A stretch of 64,000 bases of DNA from Laetmonice hystrix (Eukaryota). The stretch's first letter is position 1. Each line of letters starts with the position of its first letter. Under the pieces are notes generated by a model. That model saw only the letters and a list, made by a program, of their open reading frames with translations. It was not told the DNA's origin and ran no database searches. Below are positions 51,101 through 63,838 of the stretch, piece after piece. Location of the stretch: assembly GCA_965235115.1 (NCBI GenBank), contig OZ249436.1:40984001-41048000 (forward strand), in the 5' to 3' direction. Both the position numbers and the translations under genes were made by a program.

Positions 51101-54026
51101 ACATCAACTGATTTGAAATAAATATTTTTCCAGGCATGATGTTAGACTTAATGAATCGTTTTTTCAGGGCAAACTCCTAGACTCGGTTCTAAAGTTGTCC
51201 GACTACCGGGTAGTGGTGGGGTCTTGCAGTGCTATAGTGCGGTCCCTCAACACCACACAACTTACAGTTGATGTCTGCCCTGACCTGGAAGACGGGCGCC
51301 AACACCGAGTTACGGTAACGTTATAGTGTTCCCGTGGAACATTGTACACCATTTGATCTCTATTTGATATGTGATATGGCATCATCCATGTCAGTCTCTG
51401 CTTGCTGAGAAACAAATCCTATGCATGATTAGGACTTTTAACTGGAAGCGTGCAAAATTGCACAGGTAAGATCCCCTGTTAATTGTTAGTCATAAGTTCT
51501 TTATTACAAGTACACCTCAGAACGTCGGTCTGCCCCGTGTAAATGTCCAGAAACTGACCATTTACACTGGGCGTGTAAATGTCCAGAAACTGACCATTTA
51601 CACTGGGCGTGTAAATGTCCAGAAACTGACCATTTACACTGGGCGTGTATAAATGTCCAGAAACTGACGGTTAATTACTTCCTTGGTTTCTAACCATTCC
51701 AGGTGTCTGCATTGTCTCTGTCGAGGTACGTGGGTACAATCAATGTTGTTCCCACGGCCACAGTGGCAGCCAAGAGTAACACAACAATGACCATTGTCAT
51801 TCCTGTCCTTGTGGTCGTCATTTGTATCGTCTTACTCGTTGTCATCGGTATCACCGCCTACGTCTACAAACGGAAGGAGGAGAAGGTGAGGAGAGGACAG
51901 TGACGGGGGTGTGTGGGGTGGGCAGAACCTGAGAATATCATACAAAATCTACAGGTTACACATAGGCGTAGGAACCGGGGGGGCAGGGGGGCGTCAGCCC
52001 CCCCCCCAATATCAAAAGTCGGGGGGGGGGCTGGAGTGTGTTTCAGCCCCCCCCCCCTAACATTTGGGTGCTTTCTGGGTCGAGGTGGGTTTCATGCCGA
52101 TTTTTTATGTATCGCACATAAAAATGATGGAATTTTGTTGATGGATTTGAGAGATTTTTTGCTCCGAGATGCTCAGAAAACGCGTCTCCGGCATTCCTGA
52201 AAGAAAATTTCTGGGGGAGGACCCCCCCCCCCCCCCCACGGCCCGCCTCGGTGGCCAGGAATTATCCCCCCCAACCTTCAGCCCCCCAACCAAAAAGAGC
52301 TTCCTACGCCTATGTTACAGATTACAAAAACATGAATTCAAGTGGCATTTGGGGCCTATGTATAGTACACAAGTGAAAGACAGACTATAGTGATGCATTG
52401 TTTGTTTCAACAAGCCATTCTGTTTCTCATTGGACATCTCCGCCCCCTTTTTCTGTTCTCCCGTGTAGAAGCGCAGAAAGTACAGCCCAGATTCGACAAT
52501 GATGTCTGAGGCTGCGCAGAACGGTCACGTGGTCGACCCGCGTCTACCACCACTTCCGGTCGATTCGGTCTTTGGTCCCGAACGAGTTACAGGTAGGTTT
52601 CCAATCATTGGTTAAATCCTTCAGTTATCCATCGGTATAAATAAATCCCTGACTCTGTCTTCGTCATCACACAGACCACTCTAACAGCACAGAAAATGTG
52701 GCCCATATCAAGGTGATAGGGGCATATTTTCTGATTTATTTTCCCTGATTTTCCGTTTGATTGAGAAACCTGTGAAGGTTGTAGGTTGTTTATGTTAGTA
52801 TAGGATCCTTGTGTCGTGATGTATACACGTGCACCGCTAGTATACATATACATGTAACCGTATGAAGTCCTCACCTGTGTACACACATACGTGTTGGGTG
52901 TCATGCACACGTTCTCTGCCCTTTGTTCCAGTTATGCCGGGAGCTCAGGGCTTCACCGCCGTTCGCAGTAAAAGGGGTAGGCTGGAGGATGTGCTGTCTG
53001 ATTTCTGTGTGGTCATGTAACTTGATTACACAGTGTGATTGGTCAAAAAGAGATTTCTCTAAAAGTTTCTTATATTGGCAAAGATATTGACATGGGCGCA
53101 AATGACTTGCCCTGTGTTTTTTTTTCTAATTCACTTAGGCCCATTTACTTGGTATACTGTTTGTGTAACCAGGGATGGTGGTATTAGCCTAATAATGTAC
53201 CACCATGTCTGGTGTAACTTATGGTATCATATGACACACTTATTCTTTATGTCGCTTCACGATTTGCTGTGTTAATTCACGTATTGTTGTTCAATCCCAA
53301 TGGAACCGCCTCAATATCTATTCGTCTGATGTAATATGATCTATTAACTTTCTCTACTATCTTTTCTACCGACTGCCACGTAACATCACGTATGCTGGAA
53401 AAATGCAGTAATAAACCTTGATTTAGGGCCAAAAGTTCTATCAGAATAAAATAGGACATCTTAGGACTTAAGTTTTATGTTGAGGTGTGAAGTGCTATGA
53501 GAAGCGACCATCGTACCATGCTGTTTTTCGCCAGACTTGTAACCTTATAATTGTCTTTTTTGATACCGTTACTATTGGTTCCTGATAACGTTACTATTGC
53601 ATGGTTTTTGATACCGTTACTATTGGTTTTTGATACCGTTACTATTGGTTTTTGATACCGTTACTATTGGTTACCACAGATCGCGGGGTATCTATGCGTC
53701 AGCTGGCCTTGCCTAACGATGGGATGTCAGTGGTAGAAGCCGTGGAGATCGGCAACCAGGATTTGTTACGGTTTGAGGTCGACATGGACGACGGTTGCTC
53801 AGCGGCCGGCGGCAGTGACGACGCCGGTCCCGGCGGGGAGGATCGCAGCCTCCGGCCCGGTACGTCCCGGCGGTCCGGCAGGTCGGCCTACTCGGACCGT
53901 TCTACCGGTAAACCCCGCCGCTACCAATCCCAGTCCCGGCCCATGTCGAACCCTCCTTCCCCCGCCTACCGCCCGCCAACCCCGCCCCCACTGCCCTCCC
54001 AACAACAACTTCACACCCAAAACTGA
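42059..54026 (+). CDS. Type I membrane protein, ~1075 aa: signal peptide, 8 Eph-receptor-like (GCC2/GCC3) Cys-rich repeats, 3 IPT/TIG domains, TM, Pro/Ser/Arg-rich tail. Exons: 42059-42152, 43553-43729, 44297-44461, 44941-45129, 46090-46299, 46724-46987, 47406-47612, 47780-47980, 48813-48991, 49237-49379, 49955-50125, 50390-50501, 50711-50980, 51168-51314, 51703-51885, 52469-52592, 52932-52976, 53680-54026
   Basis: 18 GT-AG exons join without a stop (3228 nt). Repeats read CxxGxEW...CxxCxxGxYR...CxxCPxGxxTxxxGAxxxxxC. IPT motifs are VTSIRPSYGPQSGGT, FMYKPDPII, SGGLTMTVTGTNLNSV and PDPVIYPF. Confidence 0.85.
43553..48991 (+). CDS. Eight exons each encoding one six-Cys Eph-receptor-like repeat
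   Basis: Seven are symmetric phase 1-1 and the last is phase 1-0; conserved Cys spacing. Confidence 0.88.
45418..45872. mobile_element. Foldback MITE bounded by TTAA (Kolobok/piggyBac-type)
   Basis: TTAAAGCAATCACCG...CGGTGATTGCTTTAA; ~155-bp arms plus a palindromic core. Confidence 0.85.
46424..46692 (-). mobile_element. tRNA-derived SINE-like copy
   Basis: On the - strand: B-box-like GGTTCAAGCC near the 5' end and a tail ...gttaaacaccaact(ACTC)n. Confidence 0.5.
48131..48667. mobile_element. TTAA-flanked MITE (Kolobok-like)
   Basis: TTAA-AGGGGCAT...ATGCCCCT-TTAA. Confidence 0.7.
49237..51314 (+). CDS. Five exons encoding plexin-like IPT/TIG domains, including KRGRRRR
   Basis: Phase-consistent exons with IPT signature motifs. 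Confidence 0.85.
49488..49727. repeat. ~33-bp minisatellite, about 7 copies
   Basis: gtagtagaaaaaatgggagtttgacggagtggg. Confidence 0.9.
51537..51668. repeat. 36-bp tandem repeat, about 3.6 copies
   Basis: gtaaatgtccagaaactgaccatttacactgggcgt. Confidence 0.9.
51703..51885 (+). CDS. Transmembrane exon of gene 2
   Basis: IVIPVLVVVICIVLLVVIGITAYVY followed by KRK. Confidence 0.9.
51961..52314. mobile_element. MITE with perfect 14-bp TIRs and 5-bp TSD
   Basis: ttaca|CATAGGCGTAGGAA...TTCCTACGCCTATG|ttaca. Confidence 0.85.
53557..53672. repeat. 22-bp tandem repeat abutting the acceptor at 53680
   Basis: tttttgataccgttactattgg, about 5 copies. Confidence 0.9.
53680..54026 (+). CDS. Last coding exon of gene 2
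   Basis: cacag| in phase 1; matches ORF 53652-54026; ends PPTPPPLPSQQQLHTQN*. Confidence 0.8.
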
Positions 54027-54499
54027 AATCAGCCCTTTAGCCGCATCATCCACATTTCCTATGTTCCCCAGGTAAGTCATATAACTACTGGGAATGGAAC
54101 TTTCACCGATATTATATATTATAACAAGTTAATGTCGGCATGTTTCCACACTATACGTTCCACGCCCTGTTTCACCGGCATGATCGAAGTATAGCGTTTC
54201 AATCCCTGTCCCAAGTACATCACCTGAAGCACCACGACCGACACTATATGAATAACATACCTGAAAGTTCACTCTATATTAAATCATGTGAACCTTTATA
54301 TTGAAGCCTCGTACTGAACAGAGGATTTTTGCACGGTACCATGCCCCTATAGACCTCTATAGTCTATACAAAAAGGCCTAACTCGCCCTGGATGAATAAT
54401 GTAGAACAATTGTAATATTCCCCAAACCCGACCCGTCTATTTGCCTTCCTCATCCTTGTTAATGCACTACTGCCTTGTTCTATATCAATAAAGGACTTC

Positions 54500-54743
54500 A
54501 CTGTCTCGCATGGTAACCAGTCCTATACTACAGATTGTACCAAGTTTTACTGTCTCGCATGGTAACCAGTCCTATACTACAGATTGTACCAAGTTTTACT
54601 GTCTCGCATGGTAACCAGTCCTATACTACAGATTGTACCAAGTTTTACTGTCTCGCATGGTAACCAGTCCTATACTACAGATTGTATCAAGTTTTACTGT
54701 CTCGCATGGTAACCAGTCCTATACTACAGATTGTACCAAGTTT
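54500..54743. repeat. 49-bp tandem repeat, 5 copies
   Basis: actgtctcgcatggtaaccagtcctatactacagattgtaccaagtttt. Confidence 0.95.
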
Positions 54744-55819
54744 ACACCATGCAGGCGTAAACATACTCACACGGCTATTCTTTTGACACGTTAACTTTAT
54801 CATCTGTCCAGGGCTCTACCCCTGATTGTTCTCCCACTTTTCATTCCCAGTAAGATCTAAGATTCTATATTACGCGAAATAGTTCTACGTCGATTGTAGA
54901 GCCAAGGATTGTAACATTGATCAAAATATTGTTTTTTTGTGATAGTGCCATTCGACTGACCAGTTTGTCTTTATTTGGTTGATTTCAGTGGTTTCATATA
55001 TCCGGACGTAGGACGAGCGTTTCTCGCGAGTAGTTTCACAGATTCTGGCGTGACGTACGGACGGTGGCGACAGTGGTGCCACCTTCTGTGGAACACTGGA
55101 ACAATAAAAAGTGATCGCCGCCAATATTTGTCGGAGGGACAGAGTGACCAGAGATGGTGGTACTAGAATGTCAAGATCTCTGAGAATGACGAATGACACC
55201 AAAAACATGATCAGCTATAGGCCTACCTATATGGGCCGTCAGGAGATGGTTTAAGATGGGGGGGGGAGTGAGAGGCCTGCATTGTTTGCCTCATGATATA
55301 CCCTACCTACCCCATAACATCATCTCTTGGATGTCCTACAGAGACCTCACCAAAAGGATTAACCTTTTGGAACAATGCCTTTAGAATATTTCAAGTGATG
55401 AAACATTTATCCCCCCTCTCCCCCAGTGTCTCCCGAACGCCATGGCCTCCGGGGCATGGACTGAGTGACTGTGTCGTAGGTTGTCGCTGCATGGGGTCGG
55501 ACAAAGACGTCCCCTGGCGGTGTAAACGAGAACTGTATTTAAAGGCGCGGTCGATGTCTGTCATCATTCCTTTAGCTCTGATAGACATAAGACGGCTTAC
55601 TTTGGGGAAGGATCGCGCGGAAAATCTGTAAGGCTAGGGCAGAAGAGGATTTCTACTGACATGAAGTATTTGTAAAGGGAAGAGTGGCATGCTTCGTTCG
55701 TTTTGGATATTCTATTTCAGATTTAGAAGTTTATCCCCAACATTTTTTATTGTTCGGAGGTGTATAGTACATGCGTGCGTTTATCTTATATCAGTCTGCA
55801 AGGTGGACTGCCTTTGTAT

Positions 55820-55837
55820 AATTATTATTATTATTAC

Positions 55838-55871
<34 letters not shown>

Positions 55872-55890
55872 GTTATTATTATTATTATTT
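55820..55890. repeat. (ATT)n microsatellite
   Basis: Direct reading. Confidence 0.95.
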
Positions 55891-56494
55891 CATTTTTTGT
55901 TATTATCATCAATGGTATTGCCAATAATATTGTTTCTGTTGTCGCAAATTTATAACGTTTGAGGCCTGTGAAATAAAGGTGGTGTTAAAATCTCTGAGGA
56001 CAGTATTTTATTCAACAGAGCGTTATCAGAATTTTACAATATCCCTTCTAAGCTTACGCTTTGTTTTAACGGGAACTATTTAGCCAGGCATACACCAATA
56101 ATCCTTTACAATATGAGTTTACTGGCGTGCCATACAGCATTCAAATGTCTTGTCAAATTTTCTTCGAAATGTACGAAGAAACGTTTCCCGTTTTACAAGG
56201 TCTACAAGAAATATTTTGTGAGACCTTCTTCATGAGTAAGTCTTCCTCTTAGTATAGATATAGGTCACGTTCGTACTGGCACGTTAGGAATAACAATTTA
56301 TACGGTAAAATAAAGTGTCTGCAATGGCAGACTTGATACAACCTCTACTATTGTTCTAATGTGTAAGGAAATGTGCTTTTTAACTTGTTTTTTTTATGAA
56401 TTAATTTAATAATAAAGATCGGGTTTTATTAACAGTACGATATTCAGGGTGACCAGAATGAATGCAGCTCATAAAAGTGTTTGTCGTTTCTACA

Positions 56495-57174
56495 ACTGAT
56501 AAGAGATTTGCTTAATTTTTCACTCATGTTAGGCTGAGTTGATACCAAAACAGTCCTGAAAGATTGGGTTCTGCAGTTCAAATGGTTTGTTTTTAGGACC
56601 TTTCCAAAATGTGTTCCAAATTGTCATCTCGATGTCGCAGGTAATCCTGAACGCCACGGGAGCGTGAAATTGTCAATTACGCGGACGCACTCCTCTCTTT
56701 GGGACAGCTCTGATCTGTCCACGATTTCATGTTTTCAGGTGTCAGGGGTGGTTTTTATAAACATGACCATTCAGGTAACTCCAAAAATATGGGGGTGGGG
56801 GTTTCACATCCTACTGATCAGTCGATCCCCGAATCGTTGCCGCAGCCACATCAACGTTTGGTTTGAAGTGTTTGGGGTGGCCCCGTCCCGACCTGACACC
56901 CCCTCACCCCGCACCCCCATGTCAATCTGTGGGGTTATCTGAAGGATCATGTATATGCAAACCACCCACAAACAATCAGAGACCTGAAACCAGAACTCAC
57001 GACAAAGATCAGAGCTATCCTAAGGATTACGCGACGTCGTGGTGGTCATTTGGAACACATTTTGGAAAGGTCAGAACATTGAAACTGCAGAACCGAAACT
57101 TTCAGGACTGTTTTTGTTATCAACTCAGTTTAACATGAGTGAAAACTAAAGCAAATCTTTAATCATCTCTTATC
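56495..57174. mobile_element. MITE-like element with ~150-bp imperfect inverted arms
   Basis: gacctttccaaaatgtgttccaaat versus atttggaacacattttggaaaggtc; cactcatgtt versus aacatgagtg. Exact ends are uncertain. Confidence 0.75.
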
Positions 57175-57860
57175 TGCAGCAAGCTACTGTAGCATTTTCC
57201 ATGACATTCACATATGAGTCTGTTATATCCGCCAACCCTTTAGACTTTTTTTTAACCCGGAACGTTTTCCGATAAAGTCAGAAAACAATTCCTATAAGAA
57301 CATCAATTCTGAGGTCATTCGTCGCCCAGTTTACGTGAAAGCCTACCGTTAACGATGAGTACCTCGTGACTGCCCCTTGATGATCAGTAGACCTGAGTCA
57401 AACACTTGGCTCCCACACGGGAGACATAGAGCCCCAGTAACGTTTACAAAGACATTCCACGCGGGCGTATCTCATATACTAGTGGGGGCTTGGCTCCCAC
57501 TTTCAAAAGTCAACACACTAATTCCATCACGCACTCTGGGATTGGGCAGAATAAACGAGGCGGATACAAATTCCGCTCTACTTGATCTGCGAGGAAGAGC
57601 CTACTTCTATACGGCCATGTAAGATATATTTAAACATGAAGTAGTATTATCTACACGGATGTGTACTTTTTTAATGTGCGTGGAGAGATGTGCTCGTTGT
57701 GTTTAGTGTGTCCATCACGATGTTTCCTTATTAGGAGTCGCGCCGTCTAAAGTCATGCCGTCCTCCTACGCTTACAGTCTGGTAAAATATTGTGAATGAA
57801 AACGATAGGATCAGGAAGGCCCCCTGCTGCCCTGAAGGGCGTCTTTTTTTAGGGGGGGGG

Positions 57861-58068
57861 GGTGAGGGTGGGAGAGGAGGTGAGGGTGAGGATGGGAGAT
57901 GCGGGTGAGGGTGGGAGTTGGGGGTGAGGGTGGGAGTTGGGGGTGAGGGTGGGAGTTAGGGGGAGGGTGGGAGTTGGGGGTGGGGTGGGAGTTGGGGGTG
58001 AGGGTGGGAGTTGGGGGTGAGGGTGGGAGTTGGGGGTGAGGGTGGGAGTTAGGGGGGAGGGTGGGAGT
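57861..58068. repeat. G-rich minisatellite (gggtgagggtgggagttgg)n
   Basis: Direct reading. Confidence 0.9.
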
Positions 58069-61000
58069 CTTCATTGGATGGTGCTAATAGTTTTTCTTTC
58101 TCCCTTTTTCCCCCCTTGACCTTTGTTTCTATCTTTTTTCTTTCCTTCGTCCTTCTTTCTTCCTCTCTTCTTTGGAAAAGGGATCCAATCCAGTAGTCCG
58201 TACTCCGTGGAAATATTTAAAACGTTTAACCTGCTGTATTCGTCGGCTTTAGACGAAGGAGACTATTTCTGATGATGCCTCCGTGATTTGATTATTATTC
58301 AAGTCTAGTAGACACGCGGATTCTTGAGAATCTGACGGTTGTTCTGATCATAACAGGCGCGTGTCCCCCCGCCCAGAGCCCCCAATTTTTTTATAGCTTG
58401 ATATTGGTGCACACCTTCCGCGCTTCTGATGTGGGGCTTTGACCGCCACGTCGTCGACCCCCCCCCCCCCACCCCGCACCCAAGCATGCATCAACACACA
58501 TTTTTTTTCACTCGCTGAAATTACCTTTGATATTTTTGGGGATACGACAGACAAGTTCTGTGTCAAGTGTTTACACCATTCTTCCTTGCCCTGCCTAGAG
58601 CTGCCCCGCACGACGGTTCATGTCGGCACGGAAATCACCCATCATTCTCCCCCCCCCTTCTCAAATGAAGAAAAGTTGTGCTTAGTGTACATAATATAAG
58701 TGCAACACATACTGCTCCATTACTGCGTGGTCCATAAGTCTAGTGGCCTATACCGTCCATTTTACAATATGCAATTAAAATTTCTTTCATTCTATATCGG
58801 TATTCTATCAAGATTAAGATCCACCCAAATACACGTATATAAACCTTAATGCTTTCTTTAATCCTAAGCTAGCAATGAAAAAGAAAGCAACATTTCAAAC
58901 AACCTTCTTCTGAAACCTCACAATATAAGACTAACGCGACATTGTGTACTTTTTGTGCCAGCTTGTAGACGTTAAACTGTTGCCGTGATGAGACTCCCCT
59001 GCCCCCTCATATAATGTTGTCATTGTGGACGGTTTACAAGAGAATACCTCCTTAACCCCGTGCGGTGAGATTTGCCGGTGCTTGGCGGCTCTTGGCAAAC
59101 ACAATTCGCTAAAGGCTGCCCTTGAAGATGTCTGTAGAACTGGGGCAGGCACACAACGCCTGACGGCTACGTTCATGTCCTGTTCTTGGCTGGAGCCCCT
59201 TGTCCACACACTATGAGATGATGGCTTGAGGAGATGATGCTCCTAGCTGGATCAAAGTACCACCTGGTGTGCCAAATTTGGTTCACCAAGTCATTTTGAA
59301 TCGTTCTAAAAAAAGGTTCAGTGTTACTAATAATCTCCCGTTAGAAAACTGTCTTTCTTTAAACCACTTTTGATCCACGGTATAGTAGGCCAAGCTGCAG
59401 GAAACATTCTTGCCATTATTAATTATGAATTATGAAGAGATCCTTAGAGGTCATGGGGGCGCCAACTTGACAACTCCTTTGGTTATATTAGGAAAATGCA
59501 GGCCCATGTATACATTCTTCAAAGAAATGTTACGCATCTCTTCGTCAATAGCCAACTCATTAGGCATTGTTAGAGGACAATTTATCTAAGAACATTTAAA
59601 CGGAAATGCGATTCTCACGCCGAAAGAGCGAAATAAGTATGGCAATGAAATGATCTCCAGGAAGTCAATCTCATACCGTTTCTTTACGAAGGATATCGGG
59701 GGAAAGATATATGCTAATATGTAGGCCCCTATATAGCCTATACATGTATATACAGTGGATGGGTGCTCAGCGGAGCGGGACGACTGAGCATGGCTAGCTG
59801 CCCTGGTAAGGTCACACAAAACGCGGCGACGGTCGACGCTCATTCTGCGGTAAGACTTGCTGCTATTTACCTGGTCGCCATTCCAGTGGATAATGGGGGC
59901 ACAACTACTAGTGTTTCACTAATTCAACAGTAGCTGGAAAGTTCTTCAATCAGAGATCATCAAAAGCTGTGGAAAATGGATTGTGGTGCAGTTGAAGTGT
60001 TTCAAAGATGCAGCAATCACAGCAGGGCGTCGACGACCTGTGCAGACGACATCATGGCATAGATCTTAACGTTTCAAAGGTAATCCAACTGCAGAAGCTA
60101 CACTTGGATCACGGAGGAATACATCTAATATAAGTTTGATCTGTGTCGTCATTGGATACCGGTGGGAGGACTTTTGGAGGCAGACGTTCAGTAGTCAGGA
60201 TCTAGCCAGGCTACTCGTTTGGCGTCCTATGGGCTATCAAATACATGGCAATGAAACACACCTTTAAGTGGGTCGGGAAGTAGGCCATCCTTAAAACGAC
60301 GTCTTGCCAGTTGCTGACAGGGTGCTCGTCTGACCTTTAAGGTAGGTATTAAAACGAATCTTAGAATTACTTTGTACCAGGACCTGGGTAATGCGATGTG
60401 TCAACGGGGTTTGAGATGTCATAGAAGAATTTGTTGTAATCTTATATTGGTATAGGGACAACGGCACACGCATAGATGTCATGTTCAGCCCTTGGATAGG
60501 CTATAGTAAACCTATATACAGTGCTCAGCGAGTGACTCACCATGAGAATGAAAACCAAACCTATTTACAGTGGGAACATGCTCCACGTAGATGGATCCCA
60601 TGATGTGACTTGTATGATTTGGATTTGTGCCCACAATCTGACCAACCAAACCGTACCTCTTTGTTAACGGAGGCAGGGAAACTGTCACGGAGTAGATGTA
60701 GGCCTAATGAATGAGAACGTCAGGTAAAGCCGGTCATACACGTACTGATTCAACTCATCTCCATCCAACTTTATAGTTTTTATGCCTTGAACCCCTAGAC
60801 CGCCGCTCAAGCCGTCTCCATTTAAATGGCCCCGACTAGCAAATTTTGGTTTTGGGTCTCTTCCTGGAGCACCTCAGATGTCTTTTGGGGACATATATAG
60901 CAGTTTTGGACAGCCTATTTTTGACACCGGGGGGGGGGGGGGCTGAGAGACATCCCCCCTGTTTAAACCTGTTCCGCCACCTAGGCCTATGGTAAATTTT

Positions 61001-61247
61001 TAAATAACAGTTGGATCAAGGAATTGTTTTGGGTCGGGTCGGTAGGCCTATACGTGTATGACTATGGAGAGCATCAACAAGAAAATGGCAACGTCAATAG
61101 AATAAACGTATAGCAGATCTAAATGCGCTAAACGTTTTGTCGTAATGGCATATTATGATACACCCCACAACAAATATAAAGATTTCTGAATATAGCACCT
61201 TGCTTGCGTTCCATATGATAATAATTATGACGCCACAACTTTTACAG

Positions 61248-62908
61248 ATGGAAGATCTAATGGATGGGATACGCCTCATACTTGGTCTATGTTTGTTCTT
61301 TGGATGTTGTGCCTGCACTGGTGAGTTGGTATACCTCGTCTTGCTCTGTGGAAAATGCTGCTTTACCAAAATGTTTACATAGCATGTAGATTGTGAATCC
61401 GTATATTTATACAAGTTTTCTTTCGCTAGACCAATATGGGTCATTTTATATAGGAAAGGTGCTCGGTAACAGCTCCTCCACTTGTATATAGCCTAGGGGT
61501 AAATGTATATCTGTCTGAATGTGTGGAAGCGCTTGCAGTTCTTAGCCTTCTGTTTGCTCTTTCTATTCTGGTGTCGATAACCGTCATATCCGTGTTTATG
61601 TAGACCTATATTGCATCCTGACGTCGTGTTACCCATGTATTATATGGTGATAAGGTCAGGGGAGAGGGTAGGGTGTTAGGGGAGACTTGGGAGGGTACAA
61701 GATTCACGTACATCATTGACATGCCTACACTCCGGGTGAACGTGACTCTTCTTGTAGGCCTTTTCAATTTTCCATGTGAGTCAGTGGGTATTTGTTCACA
61801 AAATGACTTGCAAAACCAATGGCCGCATTAGCACAGTTCAGTGGCGGATTCAGGGAGGTACCCGCCCCCCCCCCCATTGGCACCGATTATCCATCAAAAG
61901 CCCCTCCTTCCAGACATCCTGGATCCGCCGCTGCAGTGGTCAATGTCGGTGTGTTAAATTTAAAGAAAAAAGGTCGGTGAGATAAAGATAGAAAATCTTG
62001 GTCAGACAAAGATAAAGAATGTCGAGGAGATAAAGATAAAGATAAAGAATATTGGTCAGATAAAGATAAAGAATGTCGAGGAGATAAAGATAAGGATCCC
62101 TGCTAACAAACCCGGAGGTTTCTGCTGAATGTCTCCCTGACACTGTAATGATGTGCTGGTTGTACAGAGGCTGTGATACACTGCCAGTCAGACGAGGTGT
62201 GTTCCGAGTACCGTCATCAGGTCTGTCAGGACACGGACGGTGATGGCGTCCCAGACACCTGTCTGTGTCAACAAGGGTTCTATCTCCGCCTCGGTATCTG
62301 TGTCAGCTTTAGCCAAGGTAAACCACCTCATTCAACTCTAGGTCTCCATAGGGGATGAGCTGCGGTGTTTTAAATTTATAATTACCGTTCTTTTTTCAAA
62401 TCTTTTTAAAAATTCTATTTTCACAATAATATATATGAAAGGATGATCAAAAAAGTATACAAAGATTCCTAAGAATCCGTTCGAAGTCAAGATGGTGAAA
62501 TTTGAAGAAAAATGTAAGTTTATTTCTGTGGGCTTACGCCTTATCAACCAATAGGCGAATATGAGATTTTCCATATAATAATTTGCATCATGTGCACATG
62601 TCTTCCCGACTGACATGGCCATGATGAATTAACAAAGCCCAAACCGAGATCTCATTATGCTCTTATAAATCCTAATTCCACCAGTAGGCCTAGGCCTAGT
62701 TCTAAAGAGAATTGCTTGATTGTATACTACTTGAATTGAATATCTCCTTTTCTTTCGTTCTTCTTGCCAATGTCCGATTGTATAGGAAGCAGCCCATGTA
62801 TAACGGCCGACCCATGTCAGCCGCGAGGGACGTGTCTCTATGACCCCGCTGACCGGGTCATGACCTGCCGATGTTTGCCGACGTTCACCGGAGACCGGTG
62901 TCAGACCG
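61248..62908 (+). CDS. 5' part of a secreted or membrane EGF-domain protein; exons 61248-61320, 62168-62317, 62786-62908; continues past the window
   Basis: Signal-like MEDLMDGIRLILGLCLFFGCCACT; phase-1 exons with a six-Cys EB/EGF-like module and a canonical EGF (CITADPCQPRGTC...CRCLPTFTGDRC). Confidence 0.8.
61839..61933. mobile_element. Tiny hAT-like MITE
   Basis: CAGTGGCGGAT...ATCCGCCGCTG. Confidence 0.55.
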
Positions 62909-63132
62909 GTGAGTGAGGGCCGGATCCAGGGGGCGGTTCTAACAGTAGGAGTGGTCCATAATACCAGCCCGAAATTCTGAGAGGCAATTATCGCAGATAC
63001 AATGAAGAAACATTAGGCCTAATTAGTGGAACGCTGCTTTGCAATTTTGTAGAACGACGTTGAAGAATATATAGAACGCGATGTTCGTCTTATAGGTTCT
63101 AAATTATACTGGAGTGGATCCAGAATTTATTA

Positions 63133-63410
63133 GAGGGCGACCATTAATTATTTGGGGGGCTGTTTTTTTTTTATTGTGAATATTTTTTTATTTCAAAGAG
63201 TGGACTGCCTCAATTATTTTTTTCCAACCCTCACGGCAAAATTGTATTTATTTCACATGAGACTCATTATTTATTTCCAAATACTAATAACACATTATTT
63301 ATTTCAGGCATGGTCAGGGAGAATTGATTTATTTCACCAATTTTCCACCCGAAATTATTTATTTCCAAAAACATCCAGCCCTCCCCCCTAAATATCTAAT
63401 GGTCGCCCCC
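63133..63410. mobile_element. MITE with TTA target duplication (Harbinger- or Zator-type)
   Basis: tta|GAGGGCGACCATTA...TAATGGTCGCCCCC|tta. Confidence 0.75.
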
Positions 63411-63599
63411 TTATAGCGGGTAATGGTAACATTTTTTGCCCATACATACACATCTCACATATGAGATTTTCCGCAGACCACGATCAGAAAGCTTAACTTC
63501 TCATCCGAAAATCAGTTTACATCGTAATTTGCCTTTTAAGTGCCTTTTGATTATGAGAAAGAAACCTCCTCCAAGAGTGGGATTTACCCCTGTTACAAC

Positions 63600-63838
63600 C
63601 TATAATGTAATAACTGACCGATAATGTGATAAAGGTCAAAATTTTATAAATTATTACATTATCATTACATTATCAACACCCTCTCCAACCGATAATGTAA
63701 TAATCGACCGATAGTGTAATAAAATTTCTAACTGATAATGTAATACAATTTTGACTCCGATAATGTAATAATCGACCGATAATGTAATCGAATTTCTAGC
63801 CGATAATGTAATACAATTTTCACCAATAGTGTAATAAG
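63600..63838. repeat. Degenerate (ccgataatgtaat) repeat cluster
   Basis: About 8 copies read directly. Confidence 0.75.

Noticed and set aside
55689..55955. Poly-Ile membrane-like ORF
   Set aside because: (ATT)n microsatellite, probably within the 3' UTR.
58931..60500. Short ORFs and donor-like sites upstream of gene 3
   Set aside because: No coherent exon chain or recognisable protein. A non-coding first exon is possible but cannot be placed.
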